DNA of 64,000 nucleotides from Alphaproteobacteria bacterium (GCA_035906055.1 JAMIFV010000013.1:2535-66534); one strand, 5' to 3'. Positions 18,818 through 27,473 are shown, numbered from the stretch's first letter. The notes: generated by a model from the sequence alone, not told the origin. Numbers and translations: made by a program.

Positions 18818-18997
18818 ATGGGGGGCACGCTGCCCCCGATTTCGTTCCACGAAATCTCCCCTGCGAGGTCGTCGTGAAGCACTCCTCCGCGCATACGGCA
18901 CCGAAGTTTATTCCAGAGCTTAGCCGTAGGTATGGAGGAGCGAAGCGACGACTCCGCAGGGGAATTTATGCGGAGCATAAAGGGGGCAGCGTGCCTC
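18818..18997. repeat. family-A GC-rich palindromic element, copy A2 (full, two inverted halves)
   Basis: The left arm tcccctgcgaggtcgtcgtgaagcactcctcc pairs with the right arm ggaggagcgaagcgacgactccgcagggga. Terminal hairpins are ggggggcacgctgccccc and gggggcagcgtgcc. It starts 1 nt after a stop codon. Confidence 0.8.
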
Positions 18998-19003
18998 TCT
19001 TAA

Positions 19004-19807
19004 TTAGCTTTGCATCGCTAAATAAGCGAGCAAAGCCCCGCCCAGCGCGATGCGGTACCATGCGAACAGCGTGAAGCCGTGGCGGCTGATGAAGCCCACG
19101 AACCATTTGACCACCAGAAGCGCCGTGATGAACGCGGTTATGAACCCCACGGCGATGAGGGCGAGGTCGTCGCTGCTGAATTCCTTATAGGCCTTCAGCA
19201 GGCTGTAGGCGGTGGCGGCGAACATGGTGGGGATAGCGAGGAAGAACGAAAACTCAGCGGCGGCTTTGCGCTCAACGCCCAGCACCAGCGCGCCCATGAT
19301 GGTAGCGCCGGAGCGGGAAACGCCGGGGATCATGGCGATGGCCTGACAGAAGCCGATAAGCAGGGCGCGCGTGAGCGGCAGGTCATCCAGCGAAGTGATG
19401 ACGGGCACGGGCTTCCATTTCTCAATGGCGAGGATGACGATGCCGCCGATGAACAGCGTGGTGGCGACCACCGGCACGCTGAAAAGGTGCTCGGTAATGG
19501 TTTTGTGAAACAATACGCCCAGCGCCATAGCCGGAAGGAAGGCGGCGATAATGTTAATGGCGAAGCGCTGTTCGGTCTTGCTTGAGGGTATGTTTTTTAT
19601 GGTAGTGAGCAGTTTACCGCGATAGAGCCAGCAGATGGCAAGGATGGCGCCAAGCTGGATGCTGATCTCGAACACCTTGCCCGGCGGGCCTTTGAAATCG
19701 AGAAGCGTTTCCATCATCACCAGATGCCCGGTGGAGGAAATCGGCAGAAACTCGGTAAGGCCCTCGACGAGGCCCATGATCACAGCATCTAAGAGCCTGC
19801 TCATCAT
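19004..19807 (-). CDS. uppP: undecaprenyl-diphosphate phosphatase
   Basis: VEGLTEFLPISSTGHL, ...PGVSRSG..., multi-TM protein. Confidence 0.9.
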   Translation of the reverse strand: MMSRLLDAVIMGLVEGLTEFLPISSTGHLVMMETLLDFKGPPGKVFEISIQLGAILAICWLYRGKLLTTIKNIPSSKTEQRFAINIIAAFLPAMALGVLFHKTITEHLFSVPVVATTLFIGGIVILAIEKWKPVPVITSLDDLPLTRALLIGFCQAIAMIPGVSRSGATIMGALVLGVERKAAAEFSFFLAIPTMFAATAYSLLKAYKEFSSDDLALIAVGFITAFITALLVVKWFVGFISRHGFTLFAWYRIALGGALLAYLAMQS

Positions 19808-19940
19808 ACTCTCTCTACTGCTGCCTGCTGCAAACAGTGACTTTCTGCGATCCGCTACTCATGTACTGACGTGTACACTGCATTGCGGTTCTCAAAAATC
19901 CCTGTTTTCGCTTCGCCGCAGCGAGATTATGAGCAGGCTC
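19793..19940. repeat. family-B MITE-like element, copy B3 (full length, perfect 12-bp TIR)
   Basis: The left end gagcctgctcat (19793-19804) is the reverse complement of atgagcaggctc (19929-19940). The core is ctcatgtactgacgtgtacac. Confidence 0.8.
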
Positions 19941-19948
19941 TAGCATAA

Positions 19949-22846
19949 TCAGCCCGCTGCTTTCTTGATCGCAGGTGCGCGGTCAAGCGTGAGGGCGGCG
20001 TCCAGCACCATCTTCTGCTCTTTTTCGTGCATCCTGGCGTAACCGGCGGCGGGCGACGCGGCTTCGGGGCGGCCCGCATAGCGGATACGCACGTCAGCGC
20101 GGCCTGCTTCTTCCAGCAGGTTGCCGATCTTGGGGCCCATGAAGCGGTATGCGCCCATGTTCTCCGGCTCTTCCTGGCACCATACGACCTCGGCACCCTT
20201 GTAACGCGCGAGCTCGGCGGCAATTTCCCTGGCCGGGAACGGGTAATACTGCTCGGTGCGCACGATGGCGATGTCCTTGATGCCGCGCTTCTCGCGTTCC
20301 TCGAACAGGTCATAGTAGACCTTGCCGGAGGTGAGGATAAGGCGGCGAACCTTTTTATCGTCGAGCTTCTGCGTTTCGGGAATAACGCGCTGGAAACTGG
20401 TGCCCTTGCCGAAATCAGCCAGTCTGGACACGCACAGCTTGTGGCGCAGCAGCGATTTGGGAGTCATCACGATAAGGGGTTTGCGGAACTTGCGGTGCAG
20501 CTGGCGGCGCAGCACATGGAAGAAGTTGGCAGGCGTGGTGCAGTTGACCACCTGCATGTTGTCTTCCGCGCAGAGCTGGAGATAACGTTCCAGCCTTGCG
20601 GAGGAATGTTCAGGCCCTTGCCCTTCATAGCCGTGCGGCAGCAGCATCACGAGGCCGCTCATGCGCAGCCATTTGGCCTCGCCGGAGGAAATGAACTGGT
20701 CGATGATCACCTGTGCGCCGTTGGCGAAATCGCCGAACTGCGCTTCCCACAAGGTGAGCGCCATCGGTTCGGCCAGCGAATAGCCGTATTCAAAGCCGAG
20801 GATCGCCGCTTCGGACAGCGAGCTGTCCACCACTTCGAACTGCTTTTTCGCGCCGATATTGTTCAGTGGCAGGTAGCGTTCCTCGTTGTTCTGGTCCACC
20901 AGCACCGCGTGGCGATGCGAGAAGGTGCCGCGGCCGCAATCCTGACCGGAAAGGCGCACGGGGTAGCCTTCCTTCAGCAGCGAGCCATAAGCCAGCGCTT
21001 CACCGATCGACCAGTCGAGGCCTTCGCCCGATTCCATCATGTTGCGCTTGTTATCCAGCTGGCGCAGGATCTTGCTGTTGGCGGCAAAATTCTCAGGGTG
21101 TCTGGCGAGCGCAAGGCCGATCTCTTTCAGCTTGGCGACATCCACGCCGGTGTCGGACACGGGGTGCTCGCCCTTGGGCTTTTCAAAGCCCGACCAGTGG
21201 CCTTCCAGCCAGTTGGCCTTATTGGGCTTGAAGGTTTTTGCGCCTTCATAGTCCTTTTCGAACTGGCTGCGGAACGCGGCATACATCCCGTCCACCTCTT
21301 CCTGCGGCACGATACCCGCCTTCACCAGCTCGCCGGAATAGAGCCTTGCGGGCATTTTATGCGCAGCGATGGCCTTGTACATGAGCGGCTGGGTGAACAT
21401 CGGCTCGTCGCTCTCGTTGTGGCCGTAGCGGCGATAGCAGAAGATATCCACGACCACGTCGCGCTTGAAGGTGTGGCGGAATTCGGCTGCCAGCTTGCAG
21501 GCGAAATACACGGATTCGGGATCATCGCCGTTGACGTGGAAAATGGGCGCCTGCACCATCTTGGCCACGTCGGACGGGTAGGGGGTGAAGCGCGAATAGC
21601 GCGGGGAAGTGGTGAAACCGATCTGGTTATTGACGATGATATGCACCGTGCCGCCCGTGCGGTAGCCGCGCAGTTCGGCCAGCGAAAGCGTTTCGGGCAC
21701 GAGGCCCTGACCGCAGAATGCCGCGTCGCCATGCAGTAATATGCTCATTACCTTGTCTTTGGTCTCGCGGTCGTCTTTCTGGTCCTGCTTGGCGCGCACT
21801 TTGCCCACAACAACAGGGTTCACCGCTTCCAGATGCGAAGGGTTGGAAGCCAGCGAAAGATGCATCTTCTTGCCGTTGAGCAGCGTGCGGTCGGTGGTGA
21901 CGCCCAGATGGTATTTCACGTCGCCGGAGGAATCGACCCATTCGGGGAAGTCGATATTACCCTGAAACAGGGAAAGCAGCTCCACATAGGGCTTGCCCAT
22001 GATGGTGGTGATCACGTTCATGCGGCCGCGATGCGGCATGCCGATGTTAATTTCTTCCACGCCGAGTTCGGACGAGGTGAGCAGCACGGCCTCAAGGCCT
22101 GCGATGGCGGCGTCACCGCCCTGAATCGAGAAGCGCTTGGTGCTGGCGTATTTAAGCTGGAGGAATTCTTCAAACGATTCCACCTCGACCATGGTCTTGA
22201 GGATGGACTTCTTTTCTTCGAGCGTCAGGTTGGGGCGGGTGCTGCGGTTCTCGATATGTTTCTGGATCCACGCCTTCTGCTCGGGGTACTGGATGTGCAT
22301 GAATTCCACACCGATCTTGCCGCAATAGGTGGAGCGCACGATTTTCATGATCTCGCGCAGCGTGCCATGCTGAAGGCCCAGAACGCCGTCAAGGAAGATG
22401 CTGCGGTCGAAGTCTTTTTCGGTGAAGCCGTACGTGGCGGGGTCGAGTTCGGGATGGTAAGTGGGCTGCTCAAGGCCGAGCGGATCGTAATCGGCCATGA
22501 GATGGCCGCGCACGCGGTAATTGCGGATAAGCATCAGCGCCTGCACGGTATCGCGCAGGGCCTGGTCTATGTCGGCACCTGCTCCCGGGCGAGCACCGGC
22601 AGCGACGGGTTTGCCGCCTTTTTTGTCAGGCGTGGCGCGCGGTTCAACGGATTCGTCCTCGAACCTAGACTTATTATGCGACCAGCTTGGGCGCGTGAGC
22701 GGGTTGGATGCGTTGCCCGCACCGGAGAACAGCGCCTGCCAGCTTGCATCCACACTGGAAGGATTCACCAGCCATTTTTCGTACAGCATCTCGATATAAG
22801 GTGCGTTAGCGGAAAACAGGGGGGAGTTGGCAGGTGCTTCAGTCAT
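19949..22846 (-). CDS. sucA: 2-oxoglutarate dehydrogenase E1 component
   Basis: 965-aa protein with SucA-type N-terminus (NAPYIEMLYEKWL), a TPP-binding region and ..RYGHNESDEP... Confidence 0.95.
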   Translation of the reverse strand: MTEAPANSPLFSANAPYIEMLYEKWLVNPSSVDASWQALFSGAGNASNPLTRPSWSHNKSRFEDESVEPRATPDKKGGKPVAAGARPGAGADIDQALRDTVQALMLIRNYRVRGHLMADYDPLGLEQPTYHPELDPATYGFTEKDFDRSIFLDGVLGLQHGTLREIMKIVRSTYCGKIGVEFMHIQYPEQKAWIQKHIENRSTRPNLTLEEKKSILKTMVEVESFEEFLQLKYASTKRFSIQGGDAAIAGLEAVLLTSSELGVEEINIGMPHRGRMNVITTIMGKPYVELLSLFQGNIDFPEWVDSSGDVKYHLGVTTDRTLLNGKKMHLSLASNPSHLEAVNPVVVGKVRAKQDQKDDRETKDKVMSILLHGDAAFCGQGLVPETLSLAELRGYRTGGTVHIIVNNQIGFTTSPRYSRFTPYPSDVAKMVQAPIFHVNGDDPESVYFACKLAAEFRHTFKRDVVVDIFCYRRYGHNESDEPMFTQPLMYKAIAAHKMPARLYSGELVKAGIVPQEEVDGMYAAFRSQFEKDYEGAKTFKPNKANWLEGHWSGFEKPKGEHPVSDTGVDVAKLKEIGLALARHPENFAANSKILRQLDNKRNMMESGEGLDWSIGEALAYGSLLKEGYPVRLSGQDCGRGTFSHRHAVLVDQNNEERYLPLNNIGAKKQFEVVDSSLSEAAILGFEYGYSLAEPMALTLWEAQFGDFANGAQVIIDQFISSGEAKWLRMSGLVMLLPHGYEGQGPEHSSARLERYLQLCAEDNMQVVNCTTPANFFHVLRRQLHRKFRKPLIVMTPKSLLRHKLCVSRLADFGKGTSFQRVIPETQKLDDKKVRRLILTSGKVYYDLFEEREKRGIKDIAIVRTEQYYPFPAREIAAELARYKGAEVVWCQEEPENMGAYRFMGPKIGNLLEEAGRADVRIRYAGRPEAASPAAGYARMHEKEQKMVLDAALTLDRAPAIKKAAG

Positions 22847-23020
22847 AAAAAACTCTGGCAGTGTGGTTGGTTAGTATGTTCGTTGGAGTGAAGAAGGCGG
22901 CATTCTATGAAAGAGCGTGGTTTCCAGCAAGTGCAATTAGCGTCTAACCCCATTAAAAAGGTTGCACTAATTTAACGCTTGCAATTGCATTTCGGGAACT
23001 TACTACTAATGCGCTTAAGT

Positions 23021-23033
23021 AATGATTATCATT
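23021..23033. promoter_or_regulatory. Fur-box-like palindrome in the sucA / DUF4865 divergent intergenic region
   Basis: AATGATTATCATT matches the core of the classical Fur box (..AATGATAATCATT..). Confidence 0.25.
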
Positions 23034-23049
23034 TTATACAAGGCTTGCC

Positions 23050-23595
23050 ATGCTTGCAATGCAATACTCTATCCAGCTCCCGATAGGGCAGGATACCACC
23101 TTCGTCCGTGAGCGCGTTAAGGAACGCACCAGGCTTTTTCAGGGCCTTGCCGGGATGAAACATAAATCCTACCTGCTGAGCGAAGAGGACCGTTTATATG
23201 CGCCGTTTTATATCTGGTCGGATGTGGCCGAGGCGCGCAAGTTCCTGTTCGACGACCTGTTTCGCGGCGTGGTGAAAACCTTCCGCCGCCCGCGCGTGCG
23301 CACATGGATGGTGCTCGACGCCATGTATGGCGGCTTTAAGGAACAACCCGCATTCGCCATGCGCGAAGCGGATATAATCCCGCCGGAAGAGAACCTTGAA
23401 GCATTGTTCAGCCGCGAAAAAACCGCGCAGGAAGCGCTGAAGGGCGACAAAAACCTGCATTTCCATGCCATCGCGCTGGATGCCGAGCGCTGGGAGCTGC
23501 TGCGCTACAGCCTGTGGAGCGATCGGGTGTCTGCTGCAAAGCCTGAAAGCGACTGTGTGCAGACTTACGAAGTGCTCAGCTCACAAGGCGCTTAA
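23050..23595 (+). CDS. DUF4865-family protein
   Basis: MLAMQYSIQLP...YAPFYIWSD...FRRPRVRTW resembles the DUF4865 pattern as I remember it. Confidence 0.6.
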   Translation: MLAMQYSIQLPIGQDTTFVRERVKERTRLFQGLAGMKHKSYLLSEEDRLYAPFYIWSDVAEARKFLFDDLFRGVVKTFRRPRVRTWMVLDAMYGGFKEQPAFAMREADIIPPEENLEALFSREKTAQEALKGDKNLHFHAIALDAERWELLRYSLWSDRVSAAKPESDCVQTYEVLSSQGA

Positions 23596-23597
23596 AA

Positions 23598-23712
23598 TGC
23601 TTTTGCTTTAACCGTGCACGTCGTTATCCTTCGGACTCGGTGTGCTCATGTACTACGTGTACACTCCGCGCACCTCGCCTCGGCTGCCTAGTGCACAGCT
23701 AAAGCAAAAGCA
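23598..23712. repeat. family-B-related palindromic element, copy B4 (same core, different termini)
   Basis: The core gctcatgtactacgtgtacac is flanked by tgcttttgctttaaccgtgcac and gtgcacagctaaagcaaaagca. Confidence 0.7.
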
Positions 23713-23797
23713 CTTTGATATGAAGGCAAATATCACTTGCCCCGCCTGCCTACTTGGCTAAGGTGTGGCGTGCAAAATATATACATGAGGTAAAATC

Positions 23798-24799
23798 ATG
23801 AGTTTTTATAAAGACAGGAAAGTACTGGTGACCGGCGGCACGGGCCTGATTGGCCGCCCGCTGGTGGAAATGCTGATCGCTGCAGGTGCGGAAGTGACGG
23901 TGGTTTCGCTCGACGATCCCTCCCGCGCGCCCAAAGGCAGTACTTTCATCAAGGCCGACCTGCGCGAATTCGCCAGTTGCATGGACGCCTGCAAGGGGCA
24001 GCAGATCGTGTTCCAGCTTGCCGGGGTGAAAGGCTCGCCCGCCATGACCGCCAAGCGCCCGGCCAGCTTTTTCGTGCCGACGATGCAGTTTTCCATCAAC
24101 ATGATGGAGGCGGCGCGGCGCTCAGGCACGGAGCGTTTCCTGTTCACGAGTTCCGTGGGCGTTTACCAGCCTGCCGACGTGTTCTTTGAAGACGATGTAT
24201 GGAAAACCTTCCCCTCGCCCAACGACCGTTTCGCAGGATGGGCCAAGCGCATGGGCGAATTGCAGGCGGAAGCCTATAAGATCGAATATGGCTGGGATAA
24301 GATATCTATCGTGCGCCCGGCGAACGTCTATGGCCCGTATGATAATTTCGATCCCGAAAACGCCATGGTCATTCCTTCGCTCATCCGCCGCGTATGCGAA
24401 GGCGAACGTCCGCTGACCGTATGGGGCGACGGCTCTCCCATCCGTGATTTCATTTACGCCAAGGACTGCGCGCGCGGCATGATGCTGGCCGTAGAAAAAG
24501 GCATCAGCGAGCCGGTCAACCTCGGCTCCGGCACCGGCGTTACCATCAGGCAGGTGGCGGAAATGGTCGCCAAACACGCTCCCGGCGGCGCGGCGGATAT
24601 CGTATGGGATACCGAAAAACCCAAGGGTGACGCCAAGCGCCTCATGGATATGACCCGCGCCTCCGGCTACGGTTTTGCATGCGAAGTGGGTATCGAGGAT
24701 GGCGTGAAGCAGACGATGGAATGGTTCCTCGCCAACCGCAACGATGCCGACAAGCGCTATATTGCCTTTAACGACCCGGCGATGAAGAAGGCTGTATAA
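23798..24799 (+). CDS. NAD-dependent epimerase/dehydratase (extended SDR)
   Basis: VLVTGGTGLIGRPL Rossmann motif. ..YAKRMGE... is the YxxxK region. Confidence 0.75.
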   Translation: MSFYKDRKVLVTGGTGLIGRPLVEMLIAAGAEVTVVSLDDPSRAPKGSTFIKADLREFASCMDACKGQQIVFQLAGVKGSPAMTAKRPASFFVPTMQFSINMMEAARRSGTERFLFTSSVGVYQPADVFFEDDVWKTFPSPNDRFAGWAKRMGELQAEAYKIEYGWDKISIVRPANVYGPYDNFDPENAMVIPSLIRRVCEGERPLTVWGDGSPIRDFIYAKDCARGMMLAVEKGISEPVNLGSGTGVTIRQVAEMVAKHAPGGAADIVWDTEKPKGDAKRLMDMTRASGYGFACEVGIEDGVKQTMEWFLANRNDADKRYIAFNDPAMKKAV

Positions 24800-24831
24800 G
24801 ATATTTATTCTTTCACTGCGTTGCCGTATAA

Positions 24832-24898
24832 GTGGAGTAGTCTTACACTACGACCCCGCGTAGCGAGGGGGAGCGGTAGCGGGGGCGGTACGCCCCCC
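24832..24898. repeat. family-A element, partial copy A3
   Basis: gtggagtag..acgaccccgcgtagcgaggggg ... gggggcggtacgcccccc. Confidence 0.5.
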
Positions 24899-24918
24899 TA
24901 ATCAAATAAGGAGCATTT

Positions 24919-25656
24919 ATGCAGAAAACAGCTATCGTAACGGGCGCATCGCGCGGCATCGGCGCCGCAACCGCAAGGCTGCTGGCAAAACAGGGTTATG
25001 CGGTCTGTGTCAATTATCACCAGTCGCAGGAAGAAGCGCGCGCCGTGGTGGAGTCCATCACCTCCGAAGGCGGCAAGGCATTCGCCGTGCAGGCCAATAT
25101 GGGCGTGGAAAAAGACATTCTCCTGCTGTTCGATGCGGTGGATAAGCAGTTCGGCCCGGTAACGGCGCTGGTCAACAACGCCGCCATCAACCCGCGCGAA
25201 GGCTCGGGCCAGGTGGAGGATATGACCTGGCGCTCTATCGATTTCACGTTTCAGGTAAACACGGTTGGCGTATTCATCGCCTGCCGTGAAGCGCTAAAAC
25301 GCATGAAGAAAGCGGGCGGCGGCGCGATCGTGAATGTTTCATCGGAAGCGGCCAAATTCGGAGGCAACCGTATGGCGCATTATGCTGCATCGAAAGCGGC
25401 GCTAAACACCTTTACCGTGGCGTTCGCGCGTGAGGCGGCGGCGCACAACGTGCGCGTGAATGCCATCAGCCCCGGCATCATTGATACGGACGCGCACAAG
25501 GATGCTTCGCCGGAACGTATTGCCGCATTGCAGGCCAGCCTGCCGCTGGGACGCATGGGCAGCCCCGCCGAGGTGGCTAATACTATCGCGTGGCTGTTAT
25601 CCGATGATGCGTCGTATGTATCGGGCAGTAACCTGACAGTGGCGGGTGCGCGTTAG
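24919..25656 (+). CDS. short-chain dehydrogenase/reductase (classical SDR)
   Basis: TGASRGIG, NNAA, YAASKAA. Confidence 0.85.
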   Translation: MQKTAIVTGASRGIGAATARLLAKQGYAVCVNYHQSQEEARAVVESITSEGGKAFAVQANMGVEKDILLLFDAVDKQFGPVTALVNNAAINPREGSGQVEDMTWRSIDFTFQVNTVGVFIACREALKRMKKAGGGAIVNVSSEAAKFGGNRMAHYAASKAALNTFTVAFAREAAAHNVRVNAISPGIIDTDAHKDASPERIAALQASLPLGRMGSPAEVANTIAWLLSDDASYVSGSNLTVAGAR

Positions 25657-25671
25657 CGTAATTGAGGATAC

Positions 25672-25704
25672 GCTCTAGTTGGCGAGATTATGAACAGGTT
25701 CTTA
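25672..25704. repeat. family-B terminal fragment, copy B5
   Basis: ggcgagattatgaacaggttcttag matches the right ends of B1, B3 and B6. Confidence 0.5.
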
Positions 25705-25714
25705 GAGATAAAAT

Positions 25715-26977
25715 CTATTTTGCAGTAATCCTAAGAATCTTATCGGCATTCTGATTTATCAGCGCATGTATTCTTTCATAGACGGAAGAGTAAAGTTTCT
25801 GTGCGGTCAGCATGTCTATGAGCTTATGCGATAGTCTGGGCAGGGAAGATGCAAGTTTTATTAGCCGGGTACGCAGGTAAGGCATGCCTATGCCTGTTTC
25901 TTCAGCCATTTTTATCCAGTCACGATAAATGATTCGATCATGCAGATAAGCCCCCCCGATCTTCATGGCTACTTTTGTACTGAGGGCTGGATAAATGTGA
26001 GTAGAAAGCAAATCATAGAAAGGTGCGAGTATTAACCCGTTCTCTGCATGAAGAAATGAGAAATTCTTGCCATGCGCATCTGTATTGCCAATTAAATAAT
26101 TAAAAATCACAATGTCTGTCATTCGTAAGCGGTCTTTGGCGGGCTGAATGCTATAAGACTTCAACAAATCAAAGCATTGGGCCAGCGATGGCCCCCCTTC
26201 GCTCTGGTATTTTCTTTCGGGGGAAACTCCCAATGCCTGACAAAAATCTTCTTGATGGATACGAATAATTTTTCCTTCAAGGGCAGTGCGGTCGTAGCGT
26301 TCAATCATTAAGTAAGGAACCCCGGCTGCGGTTTGCGCCGAAACATTTGGTACAGGCACCAGCCCGGACACCATCTGCGCTAGCTGCATACAGAAAAACT
26401 CATTGGCAATACTCTGATCTACGCCGTGTATTGCAGGCTTTATAATGTGTGTGCTGTGCAGAGTTTCATTTGGTAAAGAAAATTCATTATCAAAGAATCT
26501 TACGACCATTTTATTCTGTGCGCCCGCCAGCGATAATTTTAACCCGCTTAAGCCCGCTAATAATGGCCTGTTAGGAAGAACACTTATCAGTTCTGCTAAT
26601 TTTTCTTCTTTCAGGTAATAGGGGGAGGATTGCGATGTTCTGGGGGGTAATTGCCCAGCGGGATATAAGGATATAGCGCCAGCGCACTCGCGTCCCAGCT
26701 CTTCTAATAAGGCATAGTCGTTTTTCTCGGAAACACCTAATATTTTTGCCAGTTTTGCGCGTACAGCATCATCAGGTAACAGGCCTGCAAAGAATGGACG
26801 GGTTTCAGCGTCTTCAAATTTTCTCTTTTTTAAAGGCAATGATACCGAAAGAGGCTTAGGGTTCTTAGAGGCTAACCATTTCTGATTATATTCAAATGCT
26901 AGGCGTCCGCTTTCGCGTTGCCTGAGAACGCCCACTTTATTTTCAAACAGATAAACATCCAGGTTTTTATCCGTCAT
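25715..26977 (-). CDS. hipA: type II toxin HipA-family serine/threonine kinase
   Basis: LSLAGAQNKM, HIIKP, ERYDR, IHQEDFCQALG, GNTDAHGKNFSFL. Confidence 0.9.
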   Translation of the reverse strand: MTDKNLDVYLFENKVGVLRQRESGRLAFEYNQKWLASKNPKPLSVSLPLKKRKFEDAETRPFFAGLLPDDAVRAKLAKILGVSEKNDYALLEELGRECAGAISLYPAGQLPPRTSQSSPYYLKEEKLAELISVLPNRPLLAGLSGLKLSLAGAQNKMVVRFFDNEFSLPNETLHSTHIIKPAIHGVDQSIANEFFCMQLAQMVSGLVPVPNVSAQTAAGVPYLMIERYDRTALEGKIIRIHQEDFCQALGVSPERKYQSEGGPSLAQCFDLLKSYSIQPAKDRLRMTDIVIFNYLIGNTDAHGKNFSFLHAENGLILAPFYDLLSTHIYPALSTKVAMKIGGAYLHDRIIYRDWIKMAEETGIGMPYLRTRLIKLASSLPRLSHKLIDMLTAQKLYSSVYERIHALINQNADKILRITAK

Positions 26978-27192
26978 GTTTTATTCCTGGTTTGGGCAAT
27001 CAGAACAACCCCCAACATTTCAAGAACCTGAAATATTTTACCGATCTGGCACGTTGCCTTACCTTTTTCCAATTCAATTATAAACCGCAGGCCTGTTCCA
27101 CTGGCTCCGGCTAGCTCTTGTTGTGTAAGATGCTGAATCTTTCGTTTTGTACGAACAAGTTTTCCTAGTGCAACCGGATCTGATATTCTCAT
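26974..27192 (-). CDS. hipB: HipB-like XRE-family HTH antitoxin
   Basis: LTQQELAGASGTGLRFIIELEKGK. The stop overlaps the hipA start (ATGA). Confidence 0.8.
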   Translation of the reverse strand: MRISDPVALGKLVRTKRKIQHLTQQELAGASGTGLRFIIELEKGKATCQIGKIFQVLEMLGVVLIAQTRNKT

Positions 27193-27230
27193 GACAGTGA
27201 CCTGTATCTACCCGTTAATATGATATTTTG

Positions 27231-27244
27231 TTCCCGACCGGGAA
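27231..27244. promoter_or_regulatory. perfect palindrome upstream of hipB, a candidate operator
   Basis: TTCCCGACCGGGAA lies 39 nt upstream of the hipB start. Confidence 0.25.
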
Positions 27245-27473
27245 TGTAATCATAATATATTGATAAATAAGAGAAGACATGGAGGGTGCCTTTGATTTCG
27301 TACTACATAACGATATTTTAGAATGCAAACGCTCTATAAGTAGTCATGTGGACTTTGGAAGCCCTTCCTGCGTTCTGGCGCAATCCTCAAGAGTACCGAA
27401 CAATCTGATAATGGCTGGCGTAAGGCAGTTCCAGCAGAAAACCGGATTGTTTTTTAATCCCTCCGGGTGGATT

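Noticed and set aside
20027-21739. Very long antisense ORF (570 aa) opposite sucA. Similar shadow ORFs occur at 8849-9604, 12422-13204, 14966-15631, 17346-18035, 31251-31907, 32415-33173, 42858-43478, 49733-50923, 52007-53062, 53710-54765, 55189-56007 and 61821-62753.
   Set aside because: Their translations are Arg/Gly/His/Ala-rich with no motifs. In each case the opposite strand encodes a clearly recognisable conserved protein. This is the typical GC-rich shadow-ORF artefact.
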